A DNA stretch of 64,000 nt from an uncultured Solirubrobacterales bacterium (GCA_963815045.1 CAWFET010000001.1:124072-188071), one strand, 5' to 3'; positions 1-6,978 are shown, numbered from the stretch's first letter. Translations and numbers: made by a program. Notes: generated from the letters alone by a model not told the origin.

Positions 1-1555
1 CGGGATACGAGCGGCTGGGCGCCAGCAGGTTGATCGGAGGCGTTGGGCTCGCCGGGCGGACGAGGTTGAGCCCGGCGATGTTGGCCACCGTGAAGGGGTC
101 GGTGCAGCCGGTGGTCGGCGGCGTGCAGTCCGTCTCGGGATTGAGGCCCTGGAAGAAGTTGACGTCGTCGGACTGTCCCGTCCCGTCGATCGTTCCCGAG
201 GCCATCAGCTGGCGGACCTCGTTCGGGGTGATCACGCACGGATCGCCGTCGACGCGCGTGCAGTCCCCGCTCGGGTCGAGCTTGCCACGGTCCTGGGCGT
301 CGAGCGCGGCCGAGTAGATCAGGCCGGCAATCCCCGCACCCTTGCCCGTCGCCTCGGAGGAGCAGCTGCTCGAGGGGATGGACACGGTGACCTTGGCGCT
401 GAAGTTGGTGCAGCCGTTGAAGTCGAGATATGACTGCGGCGTCGAGCCGCTGTCGTACTTGGTGACGGAGTTGACCAGGATCACGTGGGGGAGGCTCGAC
501 GGCCAGTTGTTGTGCTGAGCCGCTTCGTCCGCGGCAGAGGCGATCACCGTGGTCCCGTGGTCGTAGGCGTAGTTGACGGCTTCCCGCGCGAGGCGGCTGT
601 TGTTGAGCGTCCCGAGCGCCTCCTGGATCACGAGGGCCCCGTTGTCGGTGGCGTAGAGGGCGGCCTGGGCGAAGTTGTTGACGTCGGCGACGAAGCTGTC
701 CCCGACGCGCAGCGGCATCACCACGCAGTTCGGGCAGGAGCCGGCGTCGCCTTGTCCGTTGTCGGCCTCGGCCGTGGAGTCCTGGACCTCACCGGTGCCG
801 TGCCCGTACTGGACGTCGTCGAAGGGGTCGTTGTCGTTGTCGAGGAAGTCCCAGCCCGCGATGTCGTCGACGAAGCCGTTGCCGTCCGCGTCGTCTCCAT
901 TGGAGAAGGCGATGATCAGGTCCTCGGGAGTGAGGTAGCCGGCGGGCCCTGAGCGACGTGGATCGGTGAGGTCGACCCGGTCGTCGCAGGCGTAGTCGCG
1001 CAGGTTGAAGACGCCGTCGCCATTGGCGTCGTACTGGCCGGCCGTGTAGGAGGCGCAGTCGGTGCCGAGCAGCGACTCCGTGGTCGAGCCGGCGTCGTCC
1101 AGCCCGGAGTTGGGAGTCGGCAGCTCTCCCTTGTTGAGCCAGACCTTGAAGCGCTCATTGTTCATCGCCCCCTGGTTGTTCCACTCGATGCCCGAGTCGA
1201 GCACCGCGATCTGGACGTCGGGGCGGCCCGTCGTCGTCTCCCAGGCGGTCGCCGGCGTTGTGCTCGAGTCGACGATGTGGGCTCCGCGAACGCCGCCGAG
1301 ATCGATGTTGTTCGGGTCGCCCGGATACCCCGCCTCGGGGGTCGCCGCGTACTTCCAGTCGTCGCCGCCCAGATCGCTGGGAACCTGACCGGCGTCCGTG
1401 TGGAGATCCTTGAAGTCGGTCGGATCGCCGCCGGGGTGTGTATACGGAAAGTCGCCCAGTGCGGAGTCCGCCGCCGTCATCGCGATGGCGCCGGCAAGCA
1501 GCCCCGCGGCCAGCACGAGGCGGGCTCCCAACCGAACAGTCCTCTCCTTCCTCAC
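1..1555 (-). CDS. S8 family subtilisin-like secreted serine protease (C-terminus runs off the window start)
   Basis: Absent from the ORF track because it is open at the window edge. My own reverse translation from GTG at 1555 (alternative TTG near 1531, after AGGAAGGAGAGG) gives a signal-like N-terminus VRKERTVRLGARLVLAAGLLAGAIAMTAADSA. Triad-like motifs follow: VLDSGIEW (Asp), QYGHGTGE (His) and SSEATGKGAGIAGLI (Ser). Confidence 0.8.
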   Translation of the reverse strand, partial: MRKERTVRLGARLVLAAGLLAGAIAMTAADSALGDFPYTHPGGDPTDFKDLHTDAGQVPSDLGGDDWKYAATPEAGYPGDPNNIDLGGVRGAHIVDSSTTPATAWETTTGRPDVQIAVLDSGIEWNNQGAMNNERFKVWLNKGELPTPNSGLDDAGSTTESLLGTDCASYTAGQYDANGDGVFNLRDYACDDRVDLTDPRRSGPAGYLTPEDLIIAFSNGDDADGNGFVDDIAGWDFLDNDNDPFDDVQYGHGTGEVQDSTAEADNGQGDAGSCPNCVVMPLRVGDSFVADVNNFAQAALYATDNGALVIQEALGTLNNSRLAREAVNYAYDHGTTVIASAADEAAQHNNWPSSLPHVILVNSVTKYDSGSTPQSYLDFNGCTNFSAKVTVSIPSSSCSSEATGKGAGIAGLIYSAALDAQDRGKLDPSGDCTRVDGDPCVITPNEVRQLMASGTIDGTGQSDDVNFFQGLNPETDCTPPTTGCTDPFTVANIAGLNLVRPASPTPPINLLAPSRSYP

Positions 1556-1597
1556 CTGCACGGCGATTCTATGCCTCGGCGCCGCGAGTGGGGCGCG

Positions 1598-2434
1598 TCA
1601 GGGAATTCCCGCCGCCCGGTGGATGAACCCGAGCCGGTCGGCGACCCGCGCGTAGATGCTCGCCCCACCCAGCCCGCACGGGAAAACCCCTGAGCTGACG
1701 GCGCCGATCAGCCGCGGGCCGCCGGGCGTGTCGGCCACCAGCGGGCCGCCGCTGTCGCCCTCGCACGAGGTGGCCCGGAAGGGGAGGCGGCTGTGGGCCC
1801 GGCGGATCCGCTTCCCGAGGGCGCAGATCATCGAGGCCTGCTGAAAGCCGCGCGACTTCCCGTATTCGCGGTCGCATTTCCTGGCGGGATAGATGCGCTC
1901 CTTGGTCGTCTTCAGCCGGCGAGCGACATTGAAGCCCCAGGCGCTGCGGGTGCCCCATCCGGCCGAGCGGACGATGCGCCCCCGCCTGGTCGCCGCCTTC
2001 GACTCGGCCTTGGTGGCGAGAGCGATCGGCTGCACATCGGGGGCGCTCGCCAGGGTCAGGACGGAGAAGTCGTGGGCGCCCTTGTGCCCGTTGTAGGCGG
2101 GGTCGATCGCGACGGCGGTCAACTTGATCCGGGGCCTGCGCCTCGGGGGCGTGATCCAGGCGCTGCCCGCAAGCACCGACAGCTCCCGGTGTTTGCCACC
2201 TTTCACGCAGTGCGCCGCCGTCAGCACCTTTGTCGGCGCGATCAGCGAGCCGCTGCAGATGAAGCGGCGCTTCTGGGTGAGAGCGACGGCGAACTGCCAG
2301 CCGGCTGGGTTGGCCTTGCCGCCGCCGACGATCCGCGGCGAGGACCCGGCGGCGGCTCCGCTCCCCGGAGCGAGTGCGAGCAGCAGGACAGACAGTCCCA
2401 GGGCGGCGCCCCCCAAGCGCCGGTGCGGCCTCAT
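1598..2434 (-). CDS. S1 family trypsin/chymotrypsin-like secreted serine protease
   Basis: 278 aa ORF with signal peptide MRPHRRLGGAALGLSVLLLALAPGSGAAAG, then IVGG, TAAHC (His) and GDSGGP (Ser) motifs. Same strand as the S8 gene, 43 nt upstream of it. Confidence 0.9.
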   Translation of the reverse strand: MRPHRRLGGAALGLSVLLLALAPGSGAAAGSSPRIVGGGKANPAGWQFAVALTQKRRFICSGSLIAPTKVLTAAHCVKGGKHRELSVLAGSAWITPPRRRPRIKLTAVAIDPAYNGHKGAHDFSVLTLASAPDVQPIALATKAESKAATRRGRIVRSAGWGTRSAWGFNVARRLKTTKERIYPARKCDREYGKSRGFQQASMICALGKRIRRAHSRLPFRATSCEGDSGGPLVADTPGGPRLIGAVSSGVFPCGLGGASIYARVADRLGFIHRAAGIP

Positions 2435-2516
2435 TCCTCGTTATTCCCCCGGCAATGCGCGGCAGCGCTCGGTCATCGGATGCGAACCCTAGCCCGCCGC
2501 CCCTAGACTCGCGGCG

Positions 2517-3623
2517 GTGTTCCGCCGCGAGCCGCTCAGCATGCCGTTCGCAGACCAGCTGGGCGATCTTCGGCGCGTGATCCTCTCCGAGGGGCGGGTC
2601 GAGCCGGCGACGCCGGCCCGCTTCGCGGCCGCCGCGGTGGCTCATCGGGTGATCGGCGCGTGCGTTCAGGCCATGAACGACGAGCGGGTGATCCTGGGCG
2701 AGCGGGATGCGGGAGCGCTGCGGGACGCGCACGCAGTCGCCGCACTGAGCACGGCTCTCGCCGCCCGCGAGCTCCCTGCAGTAGCCGTGGCGATCGACTC
2801 AGCCACCTCCGCTCCCGCGATCGTGCTCAAGGGCCCCGCGATCAGCGATCGCCTCTATCCAGATCCCGCGCTTCGGCCCTACGGCGATCTCGACCTGATG
2901 GTTGCCCGCGAGTCGCTCGGGGACGCGAAGACGGCGCTCTCCGCGATCGGCTACGAGGAGCAGATCCAGCTCCGCCCCGGCTGGGAGGTCGCACACGGCC
3001 ACACCATCGACCTGGTCCGCGCGGTGGGGCGGAAGTCCGTCCACGTCGAGGTTCACTGGCGGGTGAGCGATGACCGGGTCGGGGAGGCGATGTCCCACGC
3101 CGCACTCTCGGAGGCCGCCGAGCGCGTCCCCGGGACCCCGGGCGCCGCGTTCCCCTCCCTGCCCGACCAGCTGCTGATCTGCGCTCTGCATCTGATGAGC
3201 CATCGCGAGAAGCGGCTCGCCTGGCTCGAGGACATCAGGCGGATCAACCTCCTGGCAACGGAGGAGGAGTGGGAGGCGGGTTTCCTGAGGGCGCAGGAGC
3301 TTGGCCTGCTCTGGGTGCTGAACCGGGCCCTCGACTACGTGGAGCGATATCTCGGACTGACTGCGGACCGCCCGATCGGCCCGGGCGAGCCGCCGGCCTT
3401 CGGGCCGGTCCGCGCAGTCGAGGAGCTCGACCTGCAGGCGTCGGTCAACATCGGCCGCCTCGCTGCGCTGCCCTGGCGGCAGCGGCCCGCCCTGGTTCGC
3501 GACATCCTGGTCCCGAGTCGCGACGGGTTGGATGGACTCGTCGGTGGAGACGGCGCCGGCCGGTTCCGGATGATGGCGAGGCACGTCCGGCTGATCGCCC
3601 GCGGCATCGCCCTGCGCCGCTAA
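2517..3623 (+). CDS. Nucleotidyltransferase family protein (Pfam NTP_transf_5 / PF14907-like)
   Basis: 368 aa. The layout YGDLDLMV ... HVEVHW ... is typical of the uncharacterised nucleotidyltransferase family found beside HPrK-like kinases and PqqD proteins. The stop overlaps the stop of the convergent kinase gene by 4 nt. Confidence 0.7.
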   Translation: MFRREPLSMPFADQLGDLRRVILSEGRVEPATPARFAAAAVAHRVIGACVQAMNDERVILGERDAGALRDAHAVAALSTALAARELPAVAVAIDSATSAPAIVLKGPAISDRLYPDPALRPYGDLDLMVARESLGDAKTALSAIGYEEQIQLRPGWEVAHGHTIDLVRAVGRKSVHVEVHWRVSDDRVGEAMSHAALSEAAERVPGTPGAAFPSLPDQLLICALHLMSHREKRLAWLEDIRRINLLATEEEWEAGFLRAQELGLLWVLNRALDYVERYLGLTADRPIGPGEPPAFGPVRAVEELDLQASVNIGRLAALPWRQRPALVRDILVPSRDGLDGLVGGDGAGRFRMMARHVRLIARGIALRR

Positions 3624-4534
3624 TCGTGGTCCCCGGCGGCGAGCACCGCCAGCCGCTCCGCGGCATCCGTGACCGCCTCGAGCGAATCGGGTACGCGGAG
3701 AAGAACTCCATCGACCGATTCCGCCACCCGCGCCGATCCGGCGAAGTCCCTCGTCCCGACCCGCCCGGTCGTGAGCAGATGGTCGAGGAGCTCTCGGTGG
3801 GTCTTCGCAGGATCGGTCCTCTCGACGGCGACGGCCGATCCGGCGCGCTCCCTCAGAAAGGCGACCAGCGCCACCCGGCCGGGGCGATCGGCGGCGCGAA
3901 GCCCGTCGTGCAGACGCCGCCCACGCGGGTCCGCCGGGCCGTTCGCCGAGGCGGCGCCCACCAGGGCAGCGGCTGGCTCGGTGAGCAGAGACCCGCGGGC
4001 ACCCGGCCAGGCCATGTGGCCCGCGTCAGACGGGCGGAGGACGACCCCGTCCTCTCCCAGAGAGGGGTGCCCGGCAGCCGCCAGCGCGGCCGAGAGAGTC
4101 GACTTTCCGCGTCCGGTCACGCCGCAGATCACCACGGCTCTGTCCCCGACCAGGTTCGCGGAAGCGTGCAGGGAGAGACCGCCGAGCTCACCGAGGAGCA
4201 GAGGGATCGCGTTCGAGGCCAGCCTGTCCTCCCAGCGCTCTGCGCCGAGCTCGAGGACGGTGTCCGCGGCCCGGTGGGAGATCGCCATCGAGGCGGGGTC
4301 GATCACGAAGCTGCCGGCATCGGAATGCCAGGCCACGACCCGGTCGCCGAGCCGGGCAGCGGCGTAGTGCGGGCTCAAGTCAGCGTCGACGACCAGGCGA
4401 ACGAGCTCGGCAGGTGCCTCGAGCGGCCGATCATGGTCGGCTCTCACCGTGATCCGGCCGAGCTCTCCAGGAGCCTCGCTGGCCCGGGTCAGCGGCACAT
4501 CCGAGTCGATCTCGTATCCGTGGAGGCTGCTCAC
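3620..4534 (-). CDS. HPr kinase/phosphorylase C-terminal-domain-like P-loop kinase (HprK-related kinase)
   Basis: 304 aa with Walker A motif GVTGRGKST in the middle of the protein, followed by LGEDGVV, as in the HPrK C-terminal fold. Diverges from the PqqD gene across a 45-nt spacer. Confidence 0.75.
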   Translation of the reverse strand: MSSLHGYEIDSDVPLTRASEAPGELGRITVRADHDRPLEAPAELVRLVVDADLSPHYAAARLGDRVVAWHSDAGSFVIDPASMAISHRAADTVLELGAERWEDRLASNAIPLLLGELGGLSLHASANLVGDRAVVICGVTGRGKSTLSAALAAAGHPSLGEDGVVLRPSDAGHMAWPGARGSLLTEPAAALVGAASANGPADPRGRRLHDGLRAADRPGRVALVAFLRERAGSAVAVERTDPAKTHRELLDHLLTTGRVGTRDFAGSARVAESVDGVLLRVPDSLEAVTDAAERLAVLAAGDHD

Positions 4535-4579
4535 AGGAAGGGCGCCGATCGCAGAAGCGCAAGGCTAACCTCCGGCGCC

Positions 4580-4864
4580 ATGCCGGAGAAGCTCACCGCG
4601 TCCACCCGTGTCGCCCGCAGGGAGGGATTGGTCACTGAGCCGATGGATGGCGGCATCGTGATGCTCGATCCCGAGACCGACCGCTATCTGCGCCTGAATG
4701 AGACCGGGAAATTGATCTGGGAGGTGCTCGCCGAGTCGGCGACGGTGGCGGAGCTTGCGCAGGCGCTGAGCGAGCGAACCGGGATAACCCGGGAACGGGC
4801 CGAGGCGGACGCGACCACATTCATCGAGGGCCTGATCGACTACGGCGCCGCCCGGTCCACCTAG
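4580..4864 (+). CDS. PqqD family peptide chaperone (stand-alone RRE)
   Basis: This is the last 94 aa of the spurious 531-aa ORF 3269..4864: MPEKLTASTRVARREGLVTEPMDGGIVMLDPETDRYLRLNETGKLIWEVLAESATVAELAQALSERTGITRERAEADATTFIEGLIDYG. That is the classic PqqD pattern (L..G..YxLN.tg..iW.ll.g..t..el...l). The ATG at 4580 is in frame. Confidence 0.85.
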   Translation: MPEKLTASTRVARREGLVTEPMDGGIVMLDPETDRYLRLNETGKLIWEVLAESATVAELAQALSERTGITRERAEADATTFIEGLIDYGAARST

Positions 4865-4870
4865 GCGGGC

Positions 4871-6400
4871 TCAATCCGGCAATCCGCTCAGGGAGCCCTC
4901 CTGGGCGGCCGCGGCCCCCTCATCGCGTGCGGCGAGGGCAGGAACCGCGATACCCGCTTCGACCAGCCCGGCCGTGGCGTCGAGCACGTCCCGTTCGATC
5001 CGGTCCGGGGCGACCCGGGGATTGCCGGCGAGAAGAGCGCCGATCGCGTCTCCCGGAGTACCTCCGTCGAGCGCGTCCATCACGGTCCCGGCGGTTCGGT
5101 TCAGGGCCTTGACCTGGCCGGACGCAACCACCCTGACCAGGCGCTCTCCGTCGCGGCTCCCGCCCCAGCGCAGCTTGCCCAGCCGGTAACGCCGGGTCAG
5201 TGCCAGCTCCCGAATTCGCATGGTGGCGAAGTCGATGTCCCCCCGGCCGTCGACGGGAAAGTCGGGCATCTTCGACTGCAGGACCTCCATCGCCCTGTCC
5301 AGCTCCGGCCCTCGCTTTCCTCCGGGATGGACCCCCGGCGGCAGCCCGGAGACGGGCCTCTCCTCGTCGCGGTAGGGAACGAGGTCTCGTGCGGCAGCCT
5401 GCTCGCGGTTGCGCGCTCCGTTGCGCCAATCGGAGACGCGCCGGTCGCGCCACGTCGCGCGCAGCCCCCGCCAGCATTCGCCGAGATCCTGCCGGCTGGC
5501 GTCACCGAAGGAGAAAGGATGCTGCGAATCGGCGAGGAAAGCTCCATTTGGGCGCACGAGGAACGCGCGCGGAGCCGAGTCCAGGGCAACCAAGGAGGGG
5601 GGCAGCTCGCTGCCCACGCGCAATCGCGGCCGGGGCGAGCTACCGAACCGGCCCAAGGTCGTCTGCACGCGCTCGAAGTCAACCGCCCATTTCCCTTCCC
5701 GGGCCGCCGCCCCCAGCAGGCCGACCGGAACGACCCGCACCGAGTTCGGCGAGAGCATGCGCATCTGCTCGATGAACTCGCCCAGGGTCGCCTCGTTGCG
5801 CGGGGTGACGACGTGCGCCACCTGGACCTGCCCTCCCCGGGAGAGCATCAGGTCGATCGCCTCCACGGCGCGCCTCCAGCTTCCCGGCACGCCGCGTGAA
5901 GCCTCGTGGAGCTGTGCGGACGCGCCGTCGAGCGAGACGTGTACTCGCGCGCCGGCTCCCGCGAGCCGATCGGCGGCCTCGGCGTCGAGAAACCATCCGT
6001 TCGTGTTCAGCGTCACCATCATCCCCGCGGCGGTGAGGCGCTCCACGCTCTCGAGCGTGAGCTCGCGGCGCAGCAGGGGCTCTCCTCCGGTGACCACCGC
6101 CTCGATCAGCCCGAGCTCGATCGACTGGCTGACGATTCGCCGCCACTGCTCATCGCTCATCTCCGCCGTGCGTGCGAGGGTGCGCCGGGGAGAATCCGTG
6201 TAGCAAAAGCCGCATCGCAGGTTGCAGTGATAGGTGAGCTCAAGCTTGGCCCCTACCGGGCGCTCGGGCACCTCGAGCGGGCGGACGTCGTGAAGCAGGC
6301 GACGGCCGAGCCGGCGCACGCGGTAGCTCCCGCGAATCCGCGGAGGGGCGCGTTCGATCAGATGCGCGCCGGCTCTAGCCGTCGTCGAGGCGAGGCTCAT
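4871..6400 (-). CDS. Radical SAM peptide-modifying enzyme with fused C-terminal PqqD-like RRE domain; no SPASM/twitch cysteines
   Basis: 509 aa. CX3CX2C is present at YHCNLRCGFCY and a GGEPLL glycine-rich SAM motif follows. The C-terminal ~90 aa (ERLVRVVASGQVKALNRTAGTVMDALDGGTPGDAIGALL...IERDVLDATAGLVEAGIAV) look PqqD-like. I find only 4 Cys in the whole protein: 3 in the rSAM motif plus GECW. Confidence 0.85.
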   Translation of the reverse strand: MSLASTTARAGAHLIERAPPRIRGSYRVRRLGRRLLHDVRPLEVPERPVGAKLELTYHCNLRCGFCYTDSPRRTLARTAEMSDEQWRRIVSQSIELGLIEAVVTGGEPLLRRELTLESVERLTAAGMMVTLNTNGWFLDAEAADRLAGAGARVHVSLDGASAQLHEASRGVPGSWRRAVEAIDLMLSRGGQVQVAHVVTPRNEATLGEFIEQMRMLSPNSVRVVPVGLLGAAAREGKWAVDFERVQTTLGRFGSSPRPRLRVGSELPPSLVALDSAPRAFLVRPNGAFLADSQHPFSFGDASRQDLGECWRGLRATWRDRRVSDWRNGARNREQAAARDLVPYRDEERPVSGLPPGVHPGGKRGPELDRAMEVLQSKMPDFPVDGRGDIDFATMRIRELALTRRYRLGKLRWGGSRDGERLVRVVASGQVKALNRTAGTVMDALDGGTPGDAIGALLAGNPRVAPDRIERDVLDATAGLVEAGIAVPALAARDEGAAAAQEGSLSGLPD

Positions 6401-6408
6401 CGGTGCAT

Positions 6409-6422
6409 CCCGGTTTACCGGG
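6409..6422 (-). promoter_or_regulatory. Short stem-loop between the last precursor gene and the radical SAM gene (possible attenuator)
   Basis: cccgg-ttta-ccggg, a 5-bp stem inside the 33-nt spacer between the 6434 stop and the 6400 start. There is no U-tract, so it is weak. Confidence 0.2.
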
Positions 6423-6433
6423 CGGGTCCTGGA

Positions 6434-6565
6434 TCAGGGTGGCGGAGTGGTGGTGGTGCCACTGCCCGCTGAGCCTGCGGCGGTGACGGCCGGCTCATCC
6501 TCGGTCTCGATCTGCTCCACCTTCGGAGCCTCATAGGTGTCCTTGGGTTGCTTGGAATCGGACAT
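6434..6565 (-). CDS. Putative RiPP precursor peptide, copy 3 (43 aa)
   Basis: Hand translation: MSDSKQPKDTYEAPKVEQIETEDEPAVTAAGSAGSGTTTTPPP*. SD AAGGAGAGG lies 3 nt upstream of the ATG. It is a paralog of the two ORFs upstream and sits 33 nt upstream of the rSAM gene. Confidence 0.7.
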   Translation of the reverse strand: MSDSKQPKDTYEAPKVEQIETEDEPAVTAAGSAGSGTTTTPPP

Positions 6566-6584
6566 CTGCCTCTCCTTCATTCGT

Positions 6585-6716
6585 TTACATCTGCGGCGGT
6601 GTCGTCGTGGTGCCGCTGGTGGTACCCGCGGCGGTCACCGCGGGCTGATCCTCGGTCTCGATCTGCTCCACCTTTGGCGCCTCGTAGGTGTCCTTCGGCT
6701 GATTGGAATCAGGCAT
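6585..6716 (-). CDS. Putative RiPP precursor peptide, copy 2 (43 aa)
   Basis: Hand translation: MPDSNQPKDTYEAPKVEQIETEDQPAVTAAGTTSGTTTTPPQM*. SD GGGAGAAGAG lies just upstream. Confidence 0.7.
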   Translation of the reverse strand: MPDSNQPKDTYEAPKVEQIETEDQPAVTAAGTTSGTTTTPPQM

Positions 6717-6737
6717 CTCTTCTCCCTTTCGGTTGGC

Positions 6738-6872
6738 CTAGCCGGGCGGAGTGGTCGTGGTGCCGCTGCCCTGTACGCCGGCGGCGGTCACCGCGGGCTG
6801 ATCCTCGGTCTCGATCTGCTCAACCTTCGGGGCCTCATAGCAATCGTCCTTGGGTTGCCTGGAGTCGGGCAT
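6738..6872 (-). CDS. Putative RiPP precursor peptide, copy 1 (44 aa)
   Basis: This is the C-terminal 44 aa of track ORF 6738..7313: MPDSRQPKDDCYEAPKVEQIETEDQPAVTAAGVQGSGTTTTPPG*. GGAAGG lies upstream. The rest of the 191-aa ORF is antisense to the GT2 gene and is not credible. Confidence 0.7.
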   Translation of the reverse strand: MPDSRQPKDDCYEAPKVEQIETEDQPAVTAAGVQGSGTTTTPPG

Positions 6873-6905
6873 CCGTGCCGCCTTCCGCTGTCGGGTTCGC
6901 GCCAA

Positions 6906-6934
6906 CCCTATAGCGACCGAGGCGCTCTCAACAA
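6906..6934 (-). promoter_or_regulatory. Candidate sigma-70-type promoter for the precursor/rSAM operon
   Basis: On the minus strand: TTGTTG (6934..6929), a 17-nt spacer, then TATAGG (6911..6906). It sits ~35 nt upstream of the first precursor ATG, in the 106-nt divergent spacer shared with the GT2 gene. Motif match only. Confidence 0.25.
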
Positions 6935-6978
6935 GTAAATGGCTCGGCCGCAGCTTCGCGAGTAGGCTCGATCGCGAA

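Larger units (their letters stand above)
6434..6890 (-). repeat. Three tandem ~151-156 bp units, each an SD plus a precursor ORF
   Basis: Start codons lie at 6872, 6716 and 6565. The central stretch gatcctcggtctcgatctgctc(c/a)acct(t/tt)(c/t)gg is nearly identical at the DNA level in all three units, while the 3' third of each ORF diverges. Confidence 0.85.

Noticed and set aside
1569-2732. 387-aa minus-strand ORF overlapping the S1 protease gene in another frame
   Set aside because: Arg-rich with no motifs. The 1598..2434 frame carries the complete IVGG/TAAHC/GDSGGP signature.
3269-4864. 531-aa + strand ORF spanning the kinase gene region
   Set aside because: Only the last 94 aa (from ATG 4580) have a recognisable fold (PqqD). 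The rest is Arg/Pro/Gly-rich antisense read-through of the HPrK-like gene, which has a clear Walker A motif on the other strand.
6434-6872. Lasso peptide, sactipeptide or ranthipeptide interpretation of the three small peptides
   Set aside because: Lasso: the window has no Asn-synthetase-like cyclase or transglutaminase-like peptidase, and there is no Asp/Glu in the putative cores for a macrolactam. Sacti/ranthi: two of the three peptides contain no Cys, and the rSAM lacks SPASM cysteines.
6434-6940. Possible CRISPR array, or the + strand ORFs 6537..6938 and 6548..6913
   Set aside because: The ~150-bp period is far too long for CRISPR, and each unit contains an SD plus an ORF on the minus strand. 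The internally repetitive + strand ORFs are shadows of the repeated minus-strand genes.
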